NCBI RefSeq assembly: GCF_900105015.1
Contig: NZ_FNLK01000009.1
Span: 1-20,295, forward strand
Direction of reading: 5' to 3'
DNA from: Schaalia meyeri
GTDB taxonomy: Bacteria; Actinomycetota; Actinomycetes; Actinomycetales; Actinomycetaceae
Length of the DNA stretch: 20,295 bases
Below the pieces are notes generated by a model. That model searched no databases, had not been told where the DNA came from, and saw only the letters and a program-made list of their open reading frames with translations. Shown here piece after piece: positions 8,018 through 15,185 of the stretch. The translations under genes were made by a program, and so were the position numbers. Position 1 is the first letter of the stretch; each line of letters starts with the position of its first letter.

Positions 8018-8956
8018 ATGACGAACGCCGGACGATTCGCACCCTCCCCCACGGGCGACTTTCACCTGGGCAATCTGCGCACCGCGATCCTCGCGTGGGC
8101 GTGGGCACGCACGACCCGGCGGCGCTTTGTCCTGCGCATCGAAGACATCGACCGCGCCCGCGCCGGGTCCGCCGACCGCCAGATCGCGGACCTTGAGGCC
8201 ATCGGCATCGACTGGGACGGACAGCCCCTCATCCAGACCACGCGCGCCGACGCGCACGAGGCGGCGCTGGCCGATCTGGCGCGGCGCGGCCTCGTCTTCG
8301 AGTGCTACTGCTCGCGGCGCGACATCCGCGAGGCCGCTTCCGCCCCGCACGTCCCGCCCGGCCACTATCCGGGCACCTGCCTGAATCTCAACGAGGAAGA
8401 ACGCCACGTCAGGCGCGAGGCCCTGGCCGCCGTCGGCCGCGCACCCGCCCTGCGGCTGGCTGCCCCCTCCCGCACGTGGACCGTCACCGATGAACTCCAC
8501 GGCACCTACACGGGGCCCGTCGACCACTTCGTCGTCCGGCGCTCCGACGGCGTGCCGGCCTACAACCTGGCTGCCGTGGTCGACGACGCGTTCCAGGGCG
8601 TTGATCAGGTCGTGCGGGGATTCGACCTGCTCTCTCAGGCGCCCGCGCAGGCGCAGCTCGCGCACCTGCTGGGCGCGCCCACGCCGACGTACGCGCACGT
8701 GCCCCTCGCGCTGGCTCCCTCGGGCGCTCGCCTGGCGAAGCGCGACGGCCCGGTCACGCTGGCCGATCTGCGAGGCCTGGGCTGGTGTGCCCCCGACGCC
8801 GTTGCCTTCATCGGCGAATCTCTGGGCGTGTCGGGCGCCCGGCGCGCCAGCGACATCGCGGACTCCCTGGGGATCGACGGTCTGCGGGCGCTGCCCACCG
8901 ACCCGTGGGTGGTGACGCCGCCCACCGGGCAGGCCGCCGCTTACCCGCTCCGCTAG
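8018..8956 (+). CDS. gluQ: tRNA glutamyl-Q(34) synthetase (GluQRS/YadB)
   Basis: A truncated GluRS catalytic domain: GRFAPSPTGDFHLGN (HIGH region), RIEDID, YNLAAVVDD, VVRGFDL, and LAKRDG in place of KMSKS. It has no anticodon-binding domain. It aligns by eye with E. coli YadB. Confidence 0.92.
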   Translation: MTNAGRFAPSPTGDFHLGNLRTAILAWAWARTTRRRFVLRIEDIDRARAGSADRQIADLEAIGIDWDGQPLIQTTRADAHEAALADLARRGLVFECYCSRRDIREAASAPHVPPGHYPGTCLNLNEEERHVRREALAAVGRAPALRLAAPSRTWTVTDELHGTYTGPVDHFVVRRSDGVPAYNLAAVVDDAFQGVDQVVRGFDLLSQAPAQAQLAHLLGAPTPTYAHVPLALAPSGARLAKRDGPVTLADLRGLGWCAPDAVAFIGESLGVSGARRASDIADSLGIDGLRALPTDPWVVTPPTGQAAAYPLR

Positions 8957-8980
8957 AACACGCTGGTGCGGCGGGCATCA

Positions 8981-9130
8981 GCCTTGGCCTCGCCCCGCGC
9001 GCCGGCCTCGCCGCGGGCACGCTCACGGCGACGCGAAACCCGCACCGGCCCTGCTCGGAGACAACTCCCATAATCGGGGGTTTTTCGGACCGCCGGGGCG
9101 ACTCCGGTTTCAATCCGGAGAGTCGCATCA
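8981..9130. repeat. Mosaic intergenic repeat, copy A (direct repeat of 9798-10027)
   Basis: Hand alignment to copy B shares the blocks cggcctcgcc.cgggcac.ctcacggcga.gcgaaacccgcaccggccc, tgctcgg..acaactccc..aat.g.gggtttttcgg.ccgccggggcg.ctc.ggtttcaatcc. It contains the imperfect hairpin gcgactccgg-tttcaa-tccggagagtcgc. Confidence 0.8.
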
Positions 9131-9313
9131 AGGTTATGGGGCGGGCTTGTACGCTGACGGGACTGCCCACGTCCGCCTGAGCGGGTTAGCGCGCGCCTTA
9201 CCGTGTTCACGCGCACCCCAGCGGATGCGGGTTAAGCGCAATCACCTAACAACAGGCTGTCTAGCCCGCGCAAGCCACCAGGGCGAGAACGCGCAGCACA
9301 CGCGAGCCCCGCA

Positions 9314-9435
9314 CCTGGATAGGAAACAGCCTCCTGGATAGGAAACGGCCACCTGGATAGGAAACGGCCACCTGGATAGGTTAATAACCTATCCACGAGC
9401 GCATAACCTATCCAGCAACACACTTCCTATCCATG
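9314..9435. repeat. Dyad-symmetric iteron-like array: four forward CCTGGATAGG sites and three reverse CCTATCCA(g/c)(g/c) sites, all at 19-bp spacing
   Basis: Forward copies are at 9314, 9333, 9352 and 9371. Reverse copies are at 9388, 9407 and 9426. The centre is the palindrome GGATAGGTTA-A-TAACCTATCC (9374-9394), the only AT-rich spot nearby. Forward units are near-identical 19-mers (CCTGGATAGGAAACGGCCA). The reverse arm conserves only the core. Confidence 0.9.
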
Positions 9436-9667
9436 AACCAGCCACAAAAAGGCAGCGGAGCACCAGCAGCGGAGTCGGACCACTGCAAGGTTGACGGTGC
9501 CGCGAAAAACGGCGCACAACCCCGGCCAGCACGCGGCACCTGATCCCACGCGGACCGACAGCGAAGACAACGACTACACCCAGGAGAAATCCAGCAGCAG
9601 ACCACGAGCCCGAACGGGCCGACACCCGCGGGCACCACAACGCGCACACCCCAGGAACCTCCCCACA

Positions 9668-9705
9668 CCACCAAACCACCAAACCACAAAGCCACAAAGC
9701 CACCC
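9668..9705. repeat. Short tandem 8-mer repeat (CCACCAAA x2, CCACAAAG x2, CCACCC) inside a T-depleted CA-rich stretch
   Basis: Read directly from the sequence: ccaccaaa ccaccaaa ccacaaag ccacaaag ccaccc. Confidence 0.85.
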
Positions 9706-9797
9706 TTCCAACAACACGCGGCGTCCTATAAACCACTTTCCCACGCCAACAAGACGAACACTCACGGCCAAACCAACACGATCCGCCCTATAACCCG

Positions 9798-10027
9798 GCC
9801 TTGCCCCGTGCGCACCGGCCTCGCCTCGGGCACACTCACGGCGAGGCGAAACCCGCACCGGCCCAGCATGGCCGCGCGCACGCATGTTTGAAACCCGCAT
9901 CGCACCTGCTCGGGCACAACTCCCGCAATTGAGGGTTTTTCGGCCCGCCGGGGCGGCTCTGGTTTCAATCCGCCACACGGGAGCCAATACCGGGGCGACT
10001 CCGGTTTCATCTGAAAGCGCCGCATCC
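9798..10027. repeat. Mosaic intergenic repeat, copy B (direct repeat of 8981-9130 with two internal ~42-nt duplications)
   Basis: It has the same blocks as copy A in the same order and orientation. There is an extra 42 nt at 9865-9906 that re-uses gaaacccgca. The module ggggcgRctcYggtttca occurs twice (9950 and 9992). Confidence 0.8.
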
Positions 10028-10049
10028 CGCCATGGAAAGCGACACGGGA

Positions 10050-10078
10050 AACGAAAAGGCACCCCCGCAGGGGTGCCT
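10050..10078 (-). terminator. Intrinsic terminator downstream of tRNA-Arg
   Basis: The minus strand reads AGGCACCCC-TGCG-GGGGTGCCT followed by TTTTCGTTT. This is a 9-bp perfect GC-rich stem about 50 nt past the tRNA 3' end. Confidence 0.75.
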
Positions 10079-10127
10079 CAGAAAATGCAGAGCCCCCGCC
10101 GGTGGATCGCACCGAGGGGGGCCGCTG

Positions 10128-10200
10128 CGCGCCCGAAGGGACTCGAACCCCCAACCTTCTGAACCGTAATCAGATGCTCTATCCATTGAGCTACGGGCGC
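10128..10200 (-). tRNA. tRNA-Arg (anticodon ACG)
   Basis: Hand-folded cloverleaf: acceptor GCGCCCG/CGGGCGC, D arm GCTC-AATGGATA-GAGC, anticodon arm TCTGA-TTACGGT-TCAGA (anticodon ACG), T arm GGGGG-TTCGAGT-CCCTT. Length 73 nt. CCA is not encoded. Confidence 0.95.
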
Positions 10201-10542
10201 AACGCCGTTTGGCTGGATACAAGCTTACACGCTCCGTATCAAGATACAAAATCAGATCGCGTGACCTGAAGCACTCAGAAGAAGTGCGTCCCGTACCCGA
10301 CCAGAATCGAACAGCACATACACAGCACATACAAAGATCCTCCGCGCACCCGGCAGCGCACCCTTATCCTTGCTGCATTCCTGCCCTGGGGAGGTTCGGA
10401 TGATACCGTCACGCGGAGGACCGGCCCCCAGCATACACGTTTTCCTCCCGCCCGCGCACACCGGCTCCATCGTCGGGCCCCTGGCGGCATCCGCGTCGCC
10501 ACCCACCCGCACGCCCCTGCCCGCCGAACCGCACCCACGCCC

Positions 10543-11136
10543 ATGGTGGTGGAGTCGGTCTACCCTGGTGGGGTGAGCGTTATCAACATCCCCGGCCTGG
10601 GCTCAATGGAGCCGCTGCCCGCACTGGATCACCTGGATCTCCTGGCACCCCCGGTCGCCGAGGCCCTGACCGCGCTCGCCAGACGCGGGGTGGCCACGGC
10701 CTCCTCCGCCCTGGTGGCCGCGATTGACCCCGACCTGACGGATACGGAGATCATGACCGAGGCATTCGGCATGGACCTGGCCCTGTCGTCGAATTGCATC
10801 CTGGTCGCGGGCAAACGCTTGGGCGAGGAACGTATCGCCGCGTGCGTCGTGCGCGCATCGATGAACGCGGACATCAACCACGTCGTCAAGAACCGCTTGG
10901 ACGTGCGCAAGGCCAGCTTCTGGCCGCAAGAGCGCGCGGTCGCGGCGTCCGGCATGGAATACGGGGGCATCACCCCCGTCGGGGTGCCCGCCTCGTGGCG
11001 GCTGCTCATCGACTCCGCGTGCGCCTCGGGATGGAACTGCATCGGGTCGGGACTGCGCCGATCAAAGCTGTTCGTGACGGGCCAGATCCTGGCGGCCCTG
11101 CCGGGCGCGGAGCTCATCGAAGGACTCGGAATCTAG
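10543..11136 (+). CDS. YbaK/EbsC-family aminoacyl-tRNA trans-editing deacylase domain protein
   Basis: Features typical of the YbaK/ProX fold: family-typical GGITPVG loop, MNADINHVVKN, CILVAGKR. The start is uncertain. The track ATG is at 10543, while the ATG at 10606 (MEPLPALDHL) gives a more typical ~176 aa. Neither has a clear SD. Confidence 0.8.
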   Translation: MVVESVYPGGVSVINIPGLGSMEPLPALDHLDLLAPPVAEALTALARRGVATASSALVAAIDPDLTDTEIMTEAFGMDLALSSNCILVAGKRLGEERIAACVVRASMNADINHVVKNRLDVRKASFWPQERAVAASGMEYGGITPVGVPASWRLLIDSACASGWNCIGSGLRRSKLFVTGQILAALPGAELIEGLGI

Positions 11137-11266
11137 CGGGGCGCGGGGCGCGCAGATAAGAGCGGATAAGAGCTGACCACGCGGCGGCCCGGCCTGCCCG
11201 TATCCGGGCCGGGCGGGCGTTGACACCTTGAGCACGAGCGTTGACACACGGGTCACACAAACAGTA

Positions 11267-11300
11267 ACCCCGGAATCGCTTTTTGTTGCGATTCCGGGGT
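11267..11300 (-). terminator. Hairpin terminator immediately downstream of tRNA-Ser
   Basis: Perfect 13-bp inverted repeat ACCCCGGAATCGC-(8 nt)-GCGATTCCGGGGT. On the minus strand it is followed by TACTGTTTGTGTG. It begins 10 nt after the tRNA 3' end. Confidence 0.7.
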
Positions 11301-11309
11301 CACTGGCTG

Positions 11310-11394
11310 CGGAGGATGGGGGATTCGAACCCCCGAGGGCTTGCACCCAACACGCTTTCCAAGCGTGCGCCATAGGCCACTAGGCGAATCCTCC
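11310..11394 (-). tRNA. tRNA-Ser (anticodon GGA), long variable arm
   Basis: Hand-folded: acceptor GGAGGAT/ATCCTCC, anticodon arm CACGC-TTGGAAA-GCGTG (GGA), long variable arm TTGGGTGCAAGCCCTC, T arm GGGGG-TTCGAAT-CCCCC. Length 85 nt. Confidence 0.95.
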
Positions 11395-11516
11395 GTGCAC
11401 GTGGTGCCCGACAATCATAAGCGATAGGACGCCCGCCGCGCCAATCCTGTCCAATGGGGCCGATCACAGCCCGCGCGCGGGTTTTGCCCCGCACACGGGC
11501 ACAAACCGACGGCGTC

Positions 11517-11999
11517 TCAGCGAAAGAGGGGAGGCAGGTAGAGGAACCCCCAGATAGCGACGAGAACTGCGTCGTAGGTCAGGGCCGCGATCGCCTCGTG
11601 GGTGCCGATGCGTTCGGGCAGACTCTGGGCCCGCATGAGGCCGATGCAGGCCAAGATGGCACTGATCAGGATGGGCAGGCCCAGGAATCCGAAGACGCTG
11701 AACCACAGCGCGGCCCTGGCCGTGGGATTGGTGACCGGCGCGGGCGACGTGTAACCGCCGTCGGCAAAGATGGCGTTCACGTCCAGGTATTCGGTTCCCG
11801 GGAATGACTCACCGCTTCCGACACCGGGAGCGGCGGCGCTGATCGGGGCATACCCATAGCCGTCGGTCATGGCCGGATAGGGGCAGCTCGGATCGACGAA
11901 ACCCGGATAGACGCTCTCGCCCACCGACGAGGCGGCGGCCGGGCCGCACGCGAGGGCGCCGGTTGGCGCGGGGGCACAGTTTGGCGCGGGCGAAGTCAT
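11517..11999 (-). CDS. Hypothetical small membrane protein: Pro/Ala/Gly-rich N-terminal half and two C-terminal TM helices (DUF4190-like organisation)
   Basis: 160-aa ORF. The C-terminus AALWFSVFGFLGLPILISAILACIGLMRAQ...AIAALTYDAVLVAIWGFLYL forms two hydrophobic helices around a basic loop. No SD is evident. The family assignment is from memory only. Confidence 0.55.
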   Translation of the reverse strand: MTSPAPNCAPAPTGALACGPAAASSVGESVYPGFVDPSCPYPAMTDGYGYAPISAAAPGVGSGESFPGTEYLDVNAIFADGGYTSPAPVTNPTARAALWFSVFGFLGLPILISAILACIGLMRAQSLPERIGTHEAIAALTYDAVLVAIWGFLYLPPLFR

Positions 12000-12152
12000 G
12001 CCTCAACTATCTCACAGCAGAAGGGACACCCACCACACGTTGCGCGTCAGCGCTTCTTTTGCGTGGTGAACTCGACAGGCGATGGGGTGGACATGCTATT
12101 CTACTGTTCCGACCAGTACGGCCACCCTTACTCATCGACTGATCGGAGTTAT

Positions 12153-13541
12153 ATGCCTGCGAGCAAAACGAAGACATCGCTGTTCCGATGGAAGCTTCAC
12201 GGTAACGGCACGTCAATTGATCCTGGTGATGTCGTCCTTCCCGGCGAACGGCTCTCGTGGCCGCGAACGATTGGGATCGGCGCCCAACACGTGGTCGCAA
12301 TGTTTGGTGCGACGTTCCTTGTTCCGTTGTTGACTGGTTTTCCACCGTCAACAACGCTTTTTTTTACCGCAATCGGCACCCTCCTCTTTTTCCTGGTCAC
12401 CGCGGGCCGTCTCCCGTCCTACCTGGGGTCTTCGTTCGCGCTGATCGCGCCGATCCTGTCGGTGACGCAAACGCTGGGCGCGCCCTTTGCGCTGGGCGGC
12501 ATTATCGCGACGGGCGCGACGCTGGCCCTCGTGGGCGTGATCGTCCACTTCGCGGGCGTGCGTTGGATTGATGCGGCGATGCCGCCCGTGGTGACGGGCG
12601 CGATTGTCGCGCTGATCGGCCTGAACCTGGCACCGGCCGCGTGGAACTGGGTCAAGGAAGGCCCGATCACGGCGGTCGTGACGATCGCGTCGATCTGCCT
12701 GGTGACGGTCCTGTTCAAGGGCATCATCGGCCGCCTGTCCATCCTGATCGGCGTGCTGATCGGTTACGTGGCGGCCATCGCTCAGGGCGAAGTGTCCTTC
12801 GACGCGGTGGGCCAGGCCGCGTGGTTCGGCCTGCCGCAGTTCCATACCCCGGCCTTCTCGCCCTCGACGCTGGGCCTGTTCCTGCCGGTCGTGTTCATCC
12901 TGATCGCCGAGAACGTGGGTCACGTGAAGTCCGTGTCCGCGATGACGGGAGAAAACCTGGACGATCTGACGGGCCGCGCGCTGATCGCGGACGGCGTATC
13001 CACGATGCTGGCCGGCAGCGGCGGCGGGTCGGGTACCACCACTTACGCCGAGAACATCGGCGTGATGGCTGCGACCCGCGTGTATTCGACGGCGGCCTAC
13101 ATCGTGGCCGCCGTCGTTGCGCTGGTCCTCTCGATGCTGCCGAAGTTCGGCGCGTTGATCGCGACGATCCCGGCGGGCGTACTGGGCGGTGCGGGCACCG
13201 TGCTGTACGGCATGATCGGCATGCTGGGCGTGCGCATCTGGGTCCAGAACCGCGTCGATTTCTCGAACCCGGTGAACCTGAACACGGCTGCCGTGGCCCT
13301 GATCGTGGCGATCGCGAACTTCACGTGGAACGTCGGCGAGATGACCTTCGAGGGCATCGCCCTGGGGACGGCATCGGCTCTGCTCATCTACCACGGCATG
13401 CGTTTGATCTCGAAGGTGCGCGGCACGAACCTGGAGGCGGCGACGCCCGCGTCGGCGCCGTCGGGTTCGGAGCTGGAGGGCGAGGCTTATTCCAAACGGC
13501 ACCGCTCGGGCGAGGCCGCGCGGCAGGCCGACGCGACCTGA
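12153..13541 (+). CDS. uraA: Uracil permease (NCS2/uracil-xanthine permease family)
   Basis: Aligns by eye with E. coli UraA: QHVVAMFGATFLVP, LPSYLGSSFALIAP, IAENVGH, TTYAENIGVMAATRVYS. I chose the ATG at 12153 (GGAG 4 nt upstream) over the track start at 12063, whose first 30 aa have no UraA counterpart. Confidence 0.9.
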   Translation: MPASKTKTSLFRWKLHGNGTSIDPGDVVLPGERLSWPRTIGIGAQHVVAMFGATFLVPLLTGFPPSTTLFFTAIGTLLFFLVTAGRLPSYLGSSFALIAPILSVTQTLGAPFALGGIIATGATLALVGVIVHFAGVRWIDAAMPPVVTGAIVALIGLNLAPAAWNWVKEGPITAVVTIASICLVTVLFKGIIGRLSILIGVLIGYVAAIAQGEVSFDAVGQAAWFGLPQFHTPAFSPSTLGLFLPVVFILIAENVGHVKSVSAMTGENLDDLTGRALIADGVSTMLAGSGGGSGTTTYAENIGVMAATRVYSTAAYIVAAVVALVLSMLPKFGALIATIPAGVLGGAGTVLYGMIGMLGVRIWVQNRVDFSNPVNLNTAAVALIVAIANFTWNVGEMTFEGIALGTASALLIYHGMRLISKVRGTNLEAATPASAPSGSELEGEAYSKRHRSGEAARQADAT

Positions 13542-13553
13542 CGCGTTAATCGA

Positions 13554-13620
13554 CGAGGCCGGGGCTCGGCCGCTTCCCCACCGCGGGTGGGGGCGGGCTG
13601 GGTCCCGGCCTCGTTTGTGC
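13554..13620 (+). terminator. Compound GC-rich hairpin terminator after the uracil permease gene
   Basis: Outer stem CGAGGCCGGG...CCCGGCCTCG, with inner hairpin CCCCACC-GCG-GGTGGGG, followed by TTTGTGCGCTT. Confidence 0.65.
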
Positions 13621-13837
13621 GCTTAGGCGGCGAGCGCGGCCGCGGGCAGCCCGATGACCGGGCCGGGGGGGATCACCCCGCCCGAGGGGAGCGGCGTGTC
13701 GATCAGTTTTCGGATCGACACGAGGCTACCCGCAACCGGCGCTCAGCTGGCTATTTTCCGCCCCGCTCTCGACCGCCTCGTCCTTCCCGCGCAGGGATGC
13801 AGGATCAAAATTATGTCAAAACAAGGAAGAGGATTAC

Positions 13838-13875
13838 CTCACACTCCATTCACATAGAAACTATTTCCGTGTGAG
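13838..13875. promoter_or_regulatory. Candidate operator/promoter region of the marR-opu operon (inverted repeat CTCACAC-N24-GTGTGAG in the only AT-rich patch)
   Basis: The 7-bp arms are read directly. The interior contains GAAACTATTTC and a repeated ACTATTT. The repeat ends 10 nt before the marR ATG. A MarR autoregulatory site is expected here, but its identity is inferred. Confidence 0.4.
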
Positions 13876-13884
13876 ACTATTTGC

Positions 13885-14355
13885 ATGTCAATAGCAGCAC
13901 CCTATCTGTTCAAGGAACTGATTCACGCGGAAGTGCGCGCCTGGAACTCGGTCGAAAACGCCCTGAGCAACGCGGGAAACCCGCTGACCCTGGGCAGATT
14001 CCTGGTGCTTCGCACCGTCCGGGACACCCCCGCGTGCCGCATCCAGGAGGTGGCATTAAGCCAGGGAATCACGCTGGGGGCGGCGTCGCGCCTGGTGGAT
14101 CGTCTGCACCGCGACGGCCTGCTGAGCCGGACGCAGTGCACACACGACCGCCGCGCCACGATCCTGACGGTGACGAAGCAGGGGCTGGCGCACCTCGAGA
14201 TGGCCGCGAGAATCGTCGAGGCGGAGCAGGAACGAATCTTTTCGCACCTGTCCCCCGCCCAGCGCGACCACCTGGCCGGGTCGCTGACCGTCATCGGCCG
14301 GGCCGGAGAACACTCGTGGCCACACGCACCCGCGAGAGGGAGGGTACGCGCATGA
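13885..14355 (+). CDS. MarR-family transcriptional regulator
   Basis: 156 aa with a MarR-type wHTH: LTLGRFLVLRTV, RIQEVALSQGITLGAASRLVDRLHRDGLLSR, DRRATILTVTKQG. The stop overlaps the next ATG (ATGA at 14352-14355). Confidence 0.85.
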   Translation: MSIAAPYLFKELIHAEVRAWNSVENALSNAGNPLTLGRFLVLRTVRDTPACRIQEVALSQGITLGAASRLVDRLHRDGLLSRTQCTHDRRATILTVTKQGLAHLEMAARIVEAEQERIFSHLSPAQRDHLAGSLTVIGRAGEHSWPHAPARGRVRA

Positions 14356-15185
14356 TTCGCTTCGACCATGTTTCAAAGACCTATCCGGGGGGGACCCTCG
14401 CCGTTGAAGACTTTTCGCTGCACGTGGAGCGCGGCTCGACGACGGTCTTCCTGGGCACTTCCGGCTGCGGAAAGACGACGCTCATGCGAATGGTGAACGC
14501 GATGGTCACCCCGACCTCGGGCACGGTGTTCGTGCGCGGGCGAGACGTCGCGGAAGAAAATCCGGTGCACCTGCGCCGGTCGATCGGCTACGTCCTGCAA
14601 GAGGGGGGCCTGTTCCCCCACCGCACGATCGCGGATAACGTGGCCACGGTCCCCAGGCTGGAGGGCACGGGAAAGCGCGAGGCGCGTGAACGCGCGCTGG
14701 AGCTCCTGGACCTGGTGGGGCTGGACCGCGACATGGCGCCGCGCTACCCCGCGCAGCTGTCAGGCGGCCAGCGTCAGCGCGTGGGCGTGGCGCGGGCCCT
14801 GGCCAACCGCGCGGACATCCTGCTGATGGACGAACCTTTCGGCGCGCTGGATCCGCTCGTGCGCGCGGATCTGCAGAGCGAGCTGAAGAAGATTCAGCGG
14901 GCGCTGGGCACGACGATACTCTTCGTCACGCACGACGTGGACGAGGCCTTCACGCTGGGCGACCAGGTCGCGGTGCTGTCCCGCGGCGGACACATCGAGC
15001 AGGTGGGCACCCCGCCCGAGCTGCTTTCCTCGCCCGCCTCAGATTTCGTGGCAGACTTCGTGGGCGCGTCTCGTGCAGCCAAGCCGGTGCAGGTGACCGG
15101 CACTGACGGCTTGGTCGTTGACCAGGACGGCACCCCCGTGGGAACACTCACGCCTGCCGACCAGGCCGGGGAGGGATGCCCATGA
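14352..15185 (+). CDS. Osmoprotectant (glycine betaine/choline/carnitine type) ABC transporter ATP-binding protein, short form without CBS domains
   Basis: Internal start MIRFDHVSKTYPGG of track ORF 13881..15185, with RBS GGGAGGG upstream. Walker A GTSGCGKTT, signature LSGGQRQRV, Walker B LLMDEPFGALD. The substrate class is inferred from the OpuC/YehX-like operon layout. Confidence 0.88.
   Translation: MIRFDHVSKTYPGGTLAVEDFSLHVERGSTTVFLGTSGCGKTTLMRMVNAMVTPTSGTVFVRGRDVAEENPVHLRRSIGYVLQEGGLFPHRTIADNVATVPRLEGTGKREARERALELLDLVGLDRDMAPRYPAQLSGGQRQRVGVARALANRADILLMDEPFGALDPLVRADLQSELKKIQRALGTTILFVTHDVDEAFTLGDQVAVLSRGGHIEQVGTPPELLSSPASDFVADFVGASRAAKPVQVTGTDGLVVDQDGTPVGTLTPADQAGEGCP

Noticed and set aside
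9095-9135. CRISPR-like look of the mosaic repeats: the minus strand reads ...CCGGATTGAAAC..., reminiscent of the GGATTGAAAC 3' end of type I-C repeats
   Set aside because: There is no regular repeat-spacer periodicity; the sub-repeats are about 42 nt apart and embedded in longer homologous blocks. Only two or three copies are present. No cas genes lie in the window.
9389-9736. 115-aa minus-strand ORF (GTG start; V/G/W/C-rich with TM-like stretches) running into the reverse arm of the iteron array
   Set aside because: The hydrophobic, W/C-rich composition is what a G/T-rich strand yields in any frame. There is no RBS and no recognisable family, and a second overlapping ORF (9408-9695) looks equally plausible. 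It cannot be fully excluded without expression data.
10128-10200. Classical tRNA-targeted integrative element using tRNA-Arg as attB
   Set aside because: I looked for a second copy of the tRNA-Arg 3' segment (gcgcccgaagggactcgaacc) in the 8957-10127 gap and elsewhere and found none. No integrase or excisionase gene is present.
10150-10220. Extra iteron copies: TGGATAG in the tRNA-Arg D-loop, GCTGGATA at 10212-10219 just upstream of the tRNA, and CCTATCC at about 14384 inside the ATPase gene
   Set aside because: These are isolated 7-8-mer matches without the 19-bp phasing. A rough composition-based estimate gives about one chance hit for such a 7-mer in this window. The D-loop match is conserved tRNA sequence.
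11154-11250. Tandem GATAAGAGC x2 (11154-11171) and the duplicated GCGTTGACAC boxes (about 11217 and 11238) downstream of the YbaK-like gene
   Set aside because: These are short two-copy repeats in a convergent intergenic region. The TTGACA boxes have no convincing -10 partner and no downstream plus-strand gene for about 800 bp. The evidence is insufficient to call a promoter or sRNA.
11470-11485. Palindrome CCCGCGCGCGGG followed by TTTT on the plus strand, between the small membrane protein gene and tRNA-Ser
   Set aside because: The T-tract is on the strand opposite to the only gene that ends nearby (11517, minus strand), so its role as a terminator is ambiguous. It is noted but not annotated.
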